Assembly: GCA_023665725.1 (NCBI GenBank)
Contig: JAMPDH010000001.1
Span: 3,567-67,566, forward strand
Reading direction: 5' to 3'
From: Clostridium sp.
GTDB lineage: Bacteria > Bacillota_I > Bacilli_A > RF39 > UBA660
Length of the DNA stretch: 64,000 nt
Shown piece after piece: positions 9,451-19,655 of this stretch. Under the pieces are notes generated by a model. The model ran no database searches and was not told where the DNA came from. It saw nothing but the letters and a program-made list of their open reading frames with translations. Positions within the stretch are counted from its first letter, which is position 1, and the number at the start of each line of letters is the position of its first letter. The position numbers and the translations under genes are program-made.

Positions 9451-11262
9451 ATGAAGAAAATAAAAAATATAGCGATTATAGCCCATGTTGACCATGGTAA
9501 AACAAAATTAGTGGATAAATTATTAGAAATGTCACATACGTTTAGAGAAAACGAAGATATAAGTGAATTATCAATGGATTCTAATGATATAGAAAGAGAA
9601 AGAGGTATTACAATACTTGCTAAAACTACATCAATTAATTATAAGGATTACGTTATAAATATATTGGATACACCGGGGCATGCTGACTTTGGTGGAGAAG
9701 TAGAAAGAATAATGAATATGGTTGATGGAGTATTGCTTGTAGTTGATGCTTACGAAGGACCAATGCCACAGACAAAATTTGTTCTTAAAAAAGCATTACA
9801 AGCACATGTAACACCAATTCTTGTTGTAAATAAAGTAGATAAACCTGCAGCTCGTCCTAAACAAGTTGTGGATGAAGTAATAGATTTATTTATAGAATTA
9901 GGTGCTGATATAGATCAATTAGATTTTCCTGTAATTTATGCTTCTGCTTTAAATGGAACATCTAGTATGTCACCTGAGGTTGATAAGCAAGAGAAAACAA
10001 TGGATTATATATTAGATACTGTTATTAATACAATTCCAGATCCTAATACTGAAATAGATGGTTTCTTACAATTCCAACCAGCTTTACTTGATTATAATGA
10101 TTATGTTGGTAGAATAGGTATAGGATTAGTAAAAAAAGGTAAAATTCATACTAATCAAATGGTTTCCTGTGTAAGATTAGATGGTTCTATCAAACAATTT
10201 AGAATTGCTAAATTATTCGGATTTTTTGGACTTAAAAGAGTTGAAATAGAAGAAGCAGTGGCGGGGGATATTATTGCTATTTCAGGGCTTCCTGATATTT
10301 CAGTTGGAGAAACTGTATGTGAAATAGGACATGAAGAAGCTCTTCCTATAATAAAAATAGATGAACCTACTTTACAAATGACTTTTGGTGTTAATTCAAG
10401 TCCATTTAATGGTAGAGATGGTAAATTATTAACTGCCAGAAAAATAGAGGAAAGACTATTTAAAGAAACTGAAAAAGATGTTAGTTTAAAAGTAGAACCA
10501 ACAGATTCTGAATCATTTATAGTTTCAGGAAGAGGAGAACTTCATCTTGCAATACTTATAGAAAATATGAGACGTGAAGGCTATGAATTACAAGTATCTA
10601 AACCATCTGTAATAATTAAAGAGGTAGATGGGATTAAGATGGAACCATATGAAGAGTTACAAATTGATATGCCAGAAGAATATATGGGAGTAGTTATAGA
10701 ACAATTAGGTATGAGAAATGGTACAATGGAAAGTATGTCAAATGAAAATGGTCAAGTAAGACTTGGCTATATTATTCCATCACGTGGATTATTAGGATTT
10801 TCAACGGATTTTATGACATTAACTAAAGGTTATGGAATAATGAATCATTCATTTAAAGAATTTAGAGAATATCAAAATATAGAAATTGGTGAAAGAAAAT
10901 TAGGAGTATTAGTTTCAATGGAAAATGGTAAATCAACTGCTTATGCATTAGGTCAATTAGAAGATAGAGGTATTATGTTTATAGAACCGGGTGTAGAAGT
11001 ATATGAAGGAATGATAGTTGGTGAACATTCTAGAGATAATGATCTTGCTGTAAATGTAGTTAAAGGAAAAAATTTAACAAATACAAGAAGTTCAAGTAAA
11101 GACCATACTGTAGTTCTAAAAAGACCAAGACCAATAACATTAGAATATGCATTAAGTTATATTAATACTGATGAATTAGTAGAAGTAACTCCAAATAATA
11201 TAAGATTAAGAAAGAAAATTTTAAATACAGAACAAAGAAAAAAAATAGAGGCAAGAGGTTAA
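9451..11262 (+). CDS. typA: Translational GTPase TypA/BipA
   Basis: 603 aa; N-terminal G-domain AIIAHVDHGKTKLVDKLL, DTPGHADF; EF-G-like domains. Confidence 0.9.
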   Translation: MKKIKNIAIIAHVDHGKTKLVDKLLEMSHTFRENEDISELSMDSNDIERERGITILAKTTSINYKDYVINILDTPGHADFGGEVERIMNMVDGVLLVVDAYEGPMPQTKFVLKKALQAHVTPILVVNKVDKPAARPKQVVDEVIDLFIELGADIDQLDFPVIYASALNGTSSMSPEVDKQEKTMDYILDTVINTIPDPNTEIDGFLQFQPALLDYNDYVGRIGIGLVKKGKIHTNQMVSCVRLDGSIKQFRIAKLFGFFGLKRVEIEEAVAGDIIAISGLPDISVGETVCEIGHEEALPIIKIDEPTLQMTFGVNSSPFNGRDGKLLTARKIEERLFKETEKDVSLKVEPTDSESFIVSGRGELHLAILIENMRREGYELQVSKPSVIIKEVDGIKMEPYEELQIDMPEEYMGVVIEQLGMRNGTMESMSNENGQVRLGYIIPSRGLLGFSTDFMTLTKGYGIMNHSFKEFREYQNIEIGERKLGVLVSMENGKSTAYALGQLEDRGIMFIEPGVEVYEGMIVGEHSRDNDLAVNVVKGKNLTNTRSSSKDHTVVLKRPRPITLEYALSYINTDELVEVTPNNIRLRKKILNTEQRKKIEARG

Positions 11263-11276
11263 TCTTGCCTTTTATA
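11248..11276. terminator. Hairpin terminator between convergent typA and ddl
   Basis: gcaaga ggttaa tcttgc stem-loop followed by a T-run. Confidence 0.45.
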
Positions 11277-12243
11277 AAGCACTTTTTATTAATGCGGTTA
11301 TTAAGTCTTTATATGTAAATTTTTCATTTGTAAGTAACATTGGATACATGCTAATACAAGTAAATCCAGGAATTGTATTGATTTCATTTAAATATATATT
11401 GCCATTATATAAAAAATCAACTCTTGCCATGGTTTTACAATTTAAACTTTTAAAAACTTTTATAGCAATTTCTTTGATTTGTTTTTTGATGTTATCTGGG
11501 ATGTCTGCTGAAACAATAGTTTTAGAATCACTATCATTATATTTAGCATTATAGTCATAGAATTCACAATTAGTAATTATTTCACCTATATCAGATACTT
11601 TTAAACCATTGTTTTCTAGAATCGCACATTCTAATTCTCTTGCATTTACAAACTCTTCTACAACAACTTTATTGTCGTGTTTTAAAGCAACATTAATTGC
11701 CTTTTTTAATTCGTTTTTATTATTTGCTTTAGTAATTCCTATAGATGAACCACATCTAGAGGGTTTTATAATAAGTGGAAATTTTAATTTCTTTATTATA
11801 TTCTTTATATTGTAGTTTTTATCTATTGTTATATGATTTACTTGTTTTATATTATAGCTATTAAGTATTATCTTAGTTAAGTCTTTATCATATGATATTA
11901 AATTACTTGAACTGTCACAACCTACATATTTAATATTAAACATTTCAAGCATTCCTTGTATTTTTCCATCCTCACAAGTATTTCCGTGTATGATTGGAAA
12001 AACAACATCAAATGATTTAATAAATTCTATAATATTATCTATTTTAGTAACATTAGAATCTAACCAATTTCCATTTTCTAGGTATTCAAGATTATCATTA
12101 AATATATACCAGTTTCCCTTAATACCAACACTTGTAACATTAAATTTTTTATGGTCTATATTTTCTAATATATTTTTAGCTGATTTGCAAGAAACCATAT
12201 GTTCTTCTGAATCTCCACCAAAAAGAAGTAAAACATTAATCAA
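11272..12243 (-). CDS. ddl: D-alanine--D-alanine ligase
   Basis: 323 aa; ATP-grasp; N-terminal LLFGGDSEEHMVSCKSA typical of Ddl. Confidence 0.9.
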   Translation of the reverse strand: MINVLLLFGGDSEEHMVSCKSAKNILENIDHKKFNVTSVGIKGNWYIFNDNLEYLENGNWLDSNVTKIDNIIEFIKSFDVVFPIIHGNTCEDGKIQGMLEMFNIKYVGCDSSSNLISYDKDLTKIILNSYNIKQVNHITIDKNYNIKNIIKKLKFPLIIKPSRCGSSIGITKANNKNELKKAINVALKHDNKVVVEEFVNARELECAILENNGLKVSDIGEIITNCEFYDYNAKYNDSDSKTIVSADIPDNIKKQIKEIAIKVFKSLNCKTMARVDFLYNGNIYLNEINTIPGFTCISMYPMLLTNEKFTYKDLITALIKSAL

Positions 12244-12436
12244 AATAATACACCTCTAGTTATATAGTATGAATTTAGCTTAGGTAGGTGTTTATATATA
12301 TTCTATAATTTCTTTAATTGCATATTATATAAATATATGATACAATATTTAAGGTTTAAAAATTATTGAGATTGTTCTAAATAATAGAAAATTACTAATA
12401 ACTTATTAAATCAAATAATTTAGAAAGGACAGCAGT

Positions 12437-12595
12437 ATGGAAGATAAGAAAATAGTTTGTTCTGATTGTGGGAACGAATTTACATTTACTGTAGGAGAAC
12501 AAGAATTCTACAAAGAAAAAGGTTTTAATGATCCTCAAAGATGTAAAGAATGTAGAGATAAAAGAAAAGCCCAAAAGAATGAAAATAACAAATAG
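12437..12595 (+). CDS. Small zinc-ribbon protein (52 aa, two CxxC pairs)
   Basis: MEDKKIVCSDCGNEF...RCKECRDKRKAQ; SD aaaggacag; followed by the hairpin terminator aactcctt..aaggagtt at 12596-12621. Confidence 0.55.
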   Translation: MEDKKIVCSDCGNEFTFTVGEQEFYKEKGFNDPQRCKECRDKRKAQKNENNK

Positions 12596-12684
12596 AACTC
12601 CCTTTTAAGGAGTTTTTTTGATAATATAAATTGAAGATTTACGTGAAATATGGTATTTTATTATTGATAGAAAAGAGAAATAAT

Positions 12685-13530
12685 ATGAAATTTATTGTTG
12701 AAGATAATGTGAGACTTTTAGAATTTTTAAGTATGAAGATAAATAATAAATCTAAAAATGCAATTAAATCATTATTATTAGATAGATGTGTTTTAGTAAA
12801 TAACAAAGTAATTACTAAATATAATTACAATTTAAAATTAAATGATATAGTACAAATTATTAAAAAAATTAATAAAAATATGGAAATTATTTATGAAGAT
12901 AAAGATATAATTGTTATTAACAAACCATGTGGATTACTTACTATAGGTACTAATAAAGTTCACGATAAAACATTATATAGGTACACATCCGATTATTTAA
13001 AAAAAATAAATAAAAACTCTAAAATATTTATAGTCCATAGGCTTGATAAAGATACATCTGGGATAGTAGTGTTTGCTAAAAATAAGGATATTAAGGATAA
13101 ATTACAAAATAATTGGAATGAAATAGCAACTAGAAAATATATTGCAGTAGTATTTGGCAAAATGCTTAAATGTAAGGGTACAATTAAAACATATATTAAA
13201 GAAAATCCAAAAACTTATAAAAGTTTTTCATCAAAAACAGGGGAACTTGCTATTACAAATTATAAGGTTTTAAGTACTAATAGTAAGTATTCATTACTAG
13301 ATATTGAAATTAAAACTGGAAAAAAGAATCAAATAAGAGTACACTTAAGTGAATTAGGTAATCCTATAGTTGGAGATAAAAAATATGGAAATAGTTCCTT
13401 TCCTTTTCTTTGTCTTCATGCGTATGAATTAACATTTAATAGAAATATAAATAATAAAGATTATTGTTTTAAGACAGGCATTCCAGAATATTACAATAAA
13501 CTAATTGATATAAATGATTTTAAGATATAA
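12685..13530 (+). CDS. 23S rRNA pseudouridine synthase, RluA/RluD family (S4 domain plus catalytic domain)
   Basis: HRLDKDTSG catalytic motif; N-terminal S4-like domain; ATG at 12685 preferred over the upstream TTG at 12631, which lacks an SD. Confidence 0.8.
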   Translation: MKFIVEDNVRLLEFLSMKINNKSKNAIKSLLLDRCVLVNNKVITKYNYNLKLNDIVQIIKKINKNMEIIYEDKDIIVINKPCGLLTIGTNKVHDKTLYRYTSDYLKKINKNSKIFIVHRLDKDTSGIVVFAKNKDIKDKLQNNWNEIATRKYIAVVFGKMLKCKGTIKTYIKENPKTYKSFSSKTGELAITNYKVLSTNSKYSLLDIEIKTGKKNQIRVHLSELGNPIVGDKKYGNSSFPFLCLHAYELTFNRNINNKDYCFKTGIPEYYNKLIDINDFKI

Positions 13531-13632
13531 AAGTTATAAAATATTATATAACTTTTATTTTTTTAAAATTAAATTGACTAAAAATCTTGTAATTAGTAGA
13601 AAAATAACCTATAATGAAAATAGGGTGGTTTA

Positions 13633-14343
13633 ATGGAAAAAATAAAAATATCAGACCTAACATTTGGTTATGATGAAACATTGTTTGAAAATTTAAATTT
13701 AGAAATAAAATTAGGTACAGTTAATACATTAGTAGGTCCAAATAAAAGTGGAAAAACAACACTTGCTAAAATATTAGCAGGTATTATAAAGACAGATTCT
13801 GTTTATTTTAATGGAGAATTAATTAAAAATAAAGAGTTACAAAAAAATGTTATATATATAAGTAACAGTACTAAAATAGAGAAAAAAGATATAAAGAAAC
13901 TCAAAAAATTAGAGTTTTCAGAATATTTTAATATTAATGACATATTACAAAAAAAATATTTTAATAAAGAGGATATATCAACTCTTTTAATTATAAAGAG
14001 TCTTCTTACAAATCCTAAAATATTAATAATTGATAATATATTACACTTAGTTAATATAAAGGATGATGTTTTAAAATATGCTAAAGATAATAAAATAACC
14101 TTAATAAATATTACTAATGATATGGAAGAGAGCTTACTAGGAGATAATATAATAATATTAAATAACAAGAAAATAATATTGAATTCTAAAGCTACAACAG
14201 TTCTAAAAAAAGAGAAAAAATTAAATGAAAATAAATTAACACTTCCTTTTATGATAGATTTATCAAATAAACTAAAGTTTTATGATTTAATAAAAACGGA
14301 TATATTAGATATGAATGAAATGGTGGATGTATTATGGAAATAG
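13633..14343 (+). CDS. Degenerate ABC/ECF-type ATPase domain protein (Walker A intact, signature and catalytic Glu lost)
   Basis: Walker A GPNKSGKTT present; no LSGGQ; Walker B-like ILIIDN (Asn replaces Glu). Confidence 0.6.
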   Translation: MEKIKISDLTFGYDETLFENLNLEIKLGTVNTLVGPNKSGKTTLAKILAGIIKTDSVYFNGELIKNKELQKNVIYISNSTKIEKKDIKKLKKLEFSEYFNINDILQKKYFNKEDISTLLIIKSLLTNPKILIIDNILHLVNIKDDVLKYAKDNKITLINITNDMEESLLGDNIIILNNKKIILNSKATTVLKKEKKLNENKLTLPFMIDLSNKLKFYDLIKTDILDMNEMVDVLWK

Positions 14344-15014
14344 TAAGTATTAGTTATATAGATAATCAAAAGTATGAAAATAAACTTAATATAAATGATA
14401 ATTCTATTAATTCGATAATAGATTATGGAAATATTAAATCTTTAGTTGTAAAAGGAAGAAATTATATATTACTTGATGATATTATTTGTTCTTTTAAGAC
14501 TAATACATTAGGTGAAGAAATAAATCGTTATGAAAAAAATTTAACAAGCGATTATATAGAAAATTTAAAAAAATTATTTGATTTTAATGAAGATTTTTAT
14601 AATAAAGATAAAAGTATTATGAGTTCTAGTGAAATAAGACTTTGTTATATATTTATAAATCTATTACTTGATAATGATTTAATAATATTAGATGATTTAA
14701 CGGAATCACTTGATAGTCAAAATATAAATAAAATTTTATTTATATTGAGGGAGTTAAAAAAACAAGGAAAAACAATTATAATAATATCAAATGATGTGGA
14801 AATGATTCATAAAATATCAGATAATATTATAGTAATAAATAAACAAATAATTTGTTATGGATCTAAATACGATGTATTTGTAAATAATGATTTAAGTAAA
14901 ATACCTAATGTAATAAGATTTTCTAAGATAGTTAAAGATAAAAAAAATGTTAAATTAGGTTATAGAGATGATATAAAAGATCTTATGAAAGATATATATA
15001 GGTGTGCTAAATAA
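14334..15014 (+). CDS. Degenerate ABC/ECF-type ATPase domain protein (no Walker A)
   Basis: signature-like MSSSEIRL, Walker B-like LIILDDLTESLD; overlaps the upstream gene by 10 nt (coupled). Confidence 0.55.
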   Translation: MEIVSISYIDNQKYENKLNINDNSINSIIDYGNIKSLVVKGRNYILLDDIICSFKTNTLGEEINRYEKNLTSDYIENLKKLFDFNEDFYNKDKSIMSSSEIRLCYIFINLLLDNDLIILDDLTESLDSQNINKILFILRELKKQGKTIIIISNDVEMIHKISDNIIVINKQIICYGSKYDVFVNNDLSKIPNVIRFSKIVKDKKNVKLGYRDDIKDLMKDIYRCAK

Positions 15015-15746
15015 ATGAAATATCTTATTACATTTTCGTATGATGGGACTTTGTTTTATGGATATCAAAAGCAATTAGAAAAAAGAACAGTACAAGGAGA
15101 AATAGAGCATGTATTGTCTAAAATATTAAATAGTAATATAAATATAAGTGCATCAGGTAGAACTGATGCTAAAGTTCATGCGTTAAACCAAAAAGCACAT
15201 TTTGAAACTTTGAAAAAGGTTAATCTAAAAAACCTAAAAAAATCAATGAATAGTTTGTTGCCTAATGATATTTATGTTAAAAAAATTAATAAAGTAGATA
15301 ATAATTTTCATGCCAGATTTAGTGTAGTTTCTAAAGAATATGAGTATAGAATTAATATTGGAGAATATAATCCATTTCTACGTAATTATGTATATCAATA
15401 TAATAAGAAAGTTAATATTAAATTAATTGAAGAAGCATCTAAATATTTTATTGGTACACACAATTTTAAAACTTTTACAAAGACAGTTGATGAAGATAAA
15501 GATTTTGTAAGAACTATAAATTATATAAAAATAAGGTGTAAAAATAAGATTTTATATATAAATATAAATGCTAATGGTTTCATGCGTTATATGGTAAGAA
15601 ATATAATTGGTACTTTGCTTGCAGTGTCTGAAGAAAAACTAAAACCTTCTGATATATTAGATTTAATTAATAAGGAAAATAGGATTTATGCTTTTAAAAC
15701 TGCAAATCCAGAGGGATTATATTTAAAAGATGTATATTATAAATAG
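15015..15746 (+). CDS. truA: tRNA pseudouridine(38-40) synthase TruA
   Basis: 243 aa; catalytic GRTDAKVHA motif. Confidence 0.85.
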   Translation: MKYLITFSYDGTLFYGYQKQLEKRTVQGEIEHVLSKILNSNINISASGRTDAKVHALNQKAHFETLKKVNLKNLKKSMNSLLPNDIYVKKINKVDNNFHARFSVVSKEYEYRINIGEYNPFLRNYVYQYNKKVNIKLIEEASKYFIGTHNFKTFTKTVDEDKDFVRTINYIKIRCKNKILYININANGFMRYMVRNIIGTLLAVSEEKLKPSDILDLINKENRIYAFKTANPEGLYLKDVYYK

Positions 15747-15832
15747 ACAATATTTATTTTCCAAAAATTGGTTTTAAAATTATCTTGCATAAATATTACT
15801 TTAATGTTATACTTTCATAAAGGTGAATTTAA

Positions 15833-16171
15833 ATGACAAAAAAGCAAGATGCTGTTTTAATGATTAAGAAAAAATTGCAGGGAGATTCCTTTTATACATA
15901 TAAAGAAATCGCAAATTTTACAGGCTATCATCCTAAATATATATTAAAGTTAAAAAAATATATAATAAATAACAACATAAGTTTAGTCCATGGTAATAAA
16001 AATAGAAAGCCGTCAAATGCTTTGAGCGAAGAAGAAAAAAACAAGATAATTAACTTATATAAAAAATCTAGTGTTAGTATACGCAAATTTTGCAAATTCT
16101 ATAGTAAAAGAAGCTATTCTTGTATTTATAATACATTGAAAACTTATGAAAAATCATTAACTAATAATTAA
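15833..16171 (+). mobile_element. Stand-alone HTH protein resembling the N-terminal domain of an IS transposase (truncated remnant?)
   Basis: 112 aa; HGNKNRKPSNALSEEEKNKIINLYKK pattern typical of a transposase N-terminal HTH; no DDE domain follows. Confidence 0.35.
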
Positions 16172-16241
16172 TGATTTTTTTGTCGATTAAAAATAAAAAT
16201 AAAAATAATATGCCTTAATATTATTTATTAGGAGGCATACT

Positions 16242-18851
16242 ATGAATACTAATGGATTAAATACAAATGAAATAATAGAAAGTAAAAATAAGTATGGTAC
16301 AAATAAAATCAGTTCAAAAAAACCTGAAGGGTTTTTAAAATTATTAATAGAAAGTCTAGGGGATCCAATAATTAGAATTTTAATAATAGCCCTTGGAATA
16401 AAAATTGTATTTTTAATTAAGGATTTTGATTGGTATGAAACAGTTGGAATTGTTATTGCTATTTTTATAGCCTCTTTTATATCTTCAATATCGGAATATG
16501 GAAGTGAAAAAGCTTTTATAAAGTTACAGGAAGAATCGTCGAAAACTAAATGTAGGGTTAGAAGAAATGGTAAAGTAGAGGAAATCTTTGTAGATGATGT
16601 AGTTGTTGGTGATATAGTAATACTTGATTCAGGAGATAAGATTCCAGCAGATGGGATAATTGTAGATGGAGATATATATGTAGATGAATCTTCGCTAAAT
16701 GGTGAAACTAAAGAAGCTCATAAATTAAGTGTATCAAGTTACGAATTAAATCCTAAAGATGAAAATTTTGTATATAGGGGAACTGTAGTATATTCAAATC
16801 ATGCTTTAATGAAGGTTGAAAAAGTAGGTGATAAAACTTATTATGGTGTTTTAGCGCATGAACTTCAGGATAAACAACCAGAAAGTCCACTTAAGATAAA
16901 ACTTAGACATTTAGCGGGCATAATAAGTAAAATAGGGTATTTAGGTGCGATTTTAGTTTCAATTTCTTATTTATTTTCTAAAATAGTAATTGCTAATAAT
17001 TTTAATTTCAGTTTAATAGTTGAAACTGTAACTAATTTTCAATTAATGGCAAAATATATTTTATATGCTTTAACACTTTCCGTAACTATAATAGTAGTAG
17101 CAGTTCCAGAAGGGTTACCAATGATGATTACATTGGTACTTTCTTCTAATATGAAGAGAATGTTAAAAAATAATGTAATGGTAAGAAAACTTATTGGAAT
17201 AGAAACTGCTGGGAGTGTAAATATATTATTTACTGATAAAACAGGTACTTTAACTAAGGGAAAGTTAGAAGTTGTTGGAATAATGAATGGTTCTTTAAAG
17301 GAATATCGAAATGAAGAAGAAATACTAAAATATCCTAGATTTCATGAATTGGTAAAATTATCAAGTATATATAATAATGCTAGTGAATATGATGAAGAAA
17401 ATAAAGCTGCATTTGGTGGAAATATAACTGATAGAGCAATTTTAAATTTTATAAAAACCGATAAAACTAAGAAATATAAAATTATATCATCTATACCATT
17501 TGATAGTAAAAATAAATATTCTATGATGACAATATATAAAGATAGAAAAATTACATTAGTAAAGGGAGCGCCTGAAAAAATACTTCCTAAATGTATAAAT
17601 TATTATGATGAATTTGGAAATTATAAAATACTTAATAAGAGAGAAATAGAAAGTAAAATAAAAGAAAGCACTAGAAAGGGGAACCGTGCTTTAGTTATTG
17701 CTATGGGAAGGATAGAGCAACTTGATTCCTTGACATTTATTGGACTTATATATATAAAAGATGAAGTTCGAAAAGAGGCAATTGAAGGATTAAAACTTGT
17801 TCGTAATGCTGGTATAAAAACAGTAATGATAACAGGTGATAATAAAGATACGGCTGTTTCTATAGGTAAAGAGGTAGGATTGTTGAAAGATAATAATGAT
17901 TTGATATTTACAAGTAAAGAAATTGCTGAAAAAAGTGATGAAGAATTAAAGATACTTCTTCCTAATATAAAAATAATTGCTCGGGCGCTTCCTCAGGATA
18001 AAAGTAGATTGGTTAGAATTTCACAAGAATTAGGGTTAGTTGTTGGAATGACAGGTGATGGTGTAAATGATGCGCCTGCTTTAAAGAAAGCAGATGTTGG
18101 GTTTTCCATGGGTAGTGGAACAGAAGTAGCAAAAGAAGCAAGTGATATAATAATTTTAGATGATAATTTTTTATCTATATCTAAGGCTATTTTATTTGGA
18201 AGGACTATATTTAAAAGTATAAGAAAATTCATTATATTTCAATTAACTGTTAATATATGTGCTGTTGGACTTTCTATAATTGGACCATTTATTGGAGTAG
18301 ATACACCAGTTACAGTTATTCAAATGTTATGGATAAATATGGTTATGGATACTTTAGCAGGTCTTGCTTTCTCTTTTGAACCACCATTATTAGAATATAT
18401 GGATGAGAATCCTAAAAAGAAAGATGAATCTATAATAAATAAATATATGCTACATGAGATATTTATAACAGGTTTATATTCATTTATGTTATGTATATTG
18501 TTTTTAAAACTTCCTATTTTTAAATCAATATATAATCAAGATTTAAATCATTTAATGAGTGCTTTTTTTGGATTATTCATTTTTGTTGGTATATTTAATT
18601 GTTTTAATGCTAGAACACATAGATTAAATTTGTTTAGTCATTTAATTAGTAATAAGGTATTTATGATAATTATTGCATTAATTGTTATAGTACAAATTGT
18701 TTTAATATACTTTGGTGGTAGTATTTTTAGAACGGTTCCGCTTAATTTAAATGAATTCATAATAATGTTTCTTTTAGCGCTTACAGTGATACCTGTAGAT
18801 TGGATAAGGAAGATTTTTCTTAGGAAAAGGGGTATTATAGGGGGAGTATGA
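16242..18851 (+). CDS. P-type cation (Ca2+)-transporting ATPase, P2-type
   Basis: 869 aa; DKTGTLT phosphorylation site, TGDN, GDGVNDAPALKKADVG hinge motifs, 10 TM. Confidence 0.85.
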   Translation: MNTNGLNTNEIIESKNKYGTNKISSKKPEGFLKLLIESLGDPIIRILIIALGIKIVFLIKDFDWYETVGIVIAIFIASFISSISEYGSEKAFIKLQEESSKTKCRVRRNGKVEEIFVDDVVVGDIVILDSGDKIPADGIIVDGDIYVDESSLNGETKEAHKLSVSSYELNPKDENFVYRGTVVYSNHALMKVEKVGDKTYYGVLAHELQDKQPESPLKIKLRHLAGIISKIGYLGAILVSISYLFSKIVIANNFNFSLIVETVTNFQLMAKYILYALTLSVTIIVVAVPEGLPMMITLVLSSNMKRMLKNNVMVRKLIGIETAGSVNILFTDKTGTLTKGKLEVVGIMNGSLKEYRNEEEILKYPRFHELVKLSSIYNNASEYDEENKAAFGGNITDRAILNFIKTDKTKKYKIISSIPFDSKNKYSMMTIYKDRKITLVKGAPEKILPKCINYYDEFGNYKILNKREIESKIKESTRKGNRALVIAMGRIEQLDSLTFIGLIYIKDEVRKEAIEGLKLVRNAGIKTVMITGDNKDTAVSIGKEVGLLKDNNDLIFTSKEIAEKSDEELKILLPNIKIIARALPQDKSRLVRISQELGLVVGMTGDGVNDAPALKKADVGFSMGSGTEVAKEASDIIILDDNFLSISKAILFGRTIFKSIRKFIIFQLTVNICAVGLSIIGPFIGVDTPVTVIQMLWINMVMDTLAGLAFSFEPPLLEYMDENPKKKDESIINKYMLHEIFITGLYSFMLCILFLKLPIFKSIYNQDLNHLMSAFFGLFIFVGIFNCFNARTHRLNLFSHLISNKVFMIIIALIVIVQIVLIYFGGSIFRTVPLNLNEFIIMFLLALTVIPVDWIRKIFLRKRGIIGGV

Positions 18852-18944
18852 GTTATTAACTCATACTTTTTCTATTGTTTAAATTGGTAAAATATGGTAT
18901 TATTATAAAGTAACATAATGCTAACGGTGAAAAGAGGTTTTAAG

Positions 18945-19655
18945 ATGTTAGATTTTATTGTATGTGATGATAACGAATATATTAGAAAAAGTGTTAGTGA
19001 CGTCATAAACTCATATATGATGAAGAATGACCAAGCATATAAAATTAGAACTTTTTCTGATTATAATGAAGAGTTCATGGAATTGTTATCTAGTAATGGA
19101 AATTATAGGATATATATTTTAGATATAGAGGCACCAACTAAGTCGGGAATAGATGTAGCAAGAATAATTAGAAAAAAAGATAAAGAAAGTGCAATAATAT
19201 TTTTAACAGCTCACGAGGAATGTGGGTATTCTGTTTTAAAAAGTTGCACTAATTTTTTGACTTTTATTTCCAAATTTGATGATTATGAGAAAAATTTAAG
19301 TCAAGCTATCAAGGAAGCTTTAAATTTATTACACATAAAAAAAGTATTATCTTTTACTGAACATAGTGTAACTTATAATATAACAGTAAGTAATATTTTG
19401 TATGTAACTAAAGATACGTTGAGTAGGAAATCAATAATTATTACTGATAACAATATTCATAAAACATATATGACAATAACGGAACTTTTAGATAAGTTAT
19501 CACCTGTTTTTATGCAAACACATAGATCATGTATAGTGAATAAAGATAGGGTAGAAAAAATTGATAAAAATAAGAATTTAATAATTTTTGATAATGGGGT
19601 TGAAATAGATTTATTATCAGATAAGTATAAGAAGGAGTTAGTGAGTTGTGGATAA
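18945..19655 (+). CDS. LytTR-family response regulator (AgrA/VirR-like)
   Basis: receiver domain (FIVCDDNEY...D) plus C-terminal LytTR DNA-binding domain; AAGAGG SD before the ATG at 18945. Confidence 0.8.
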   Translation: MLDFIVCDDNEYIRKSVSDVINSYMMKNDQAYKIRTFSDYNEEFMELLSSNGNYRIYILDIEAPTKSGIDVARIIRKKDKESAIIFLTAHEECGYSVLKSCTNFLTFISKFDDYEKNLSQAIKEALNLLHIKKVLSFTEHSVTYNITVSNILYVTKDTLSRKSIIITDNNIHKTYMTITELLDKLSPVFMQTHRSCIVNKDRVEKIDKNKNLIIFDNGVEIDLLSDKYKKELVSCG

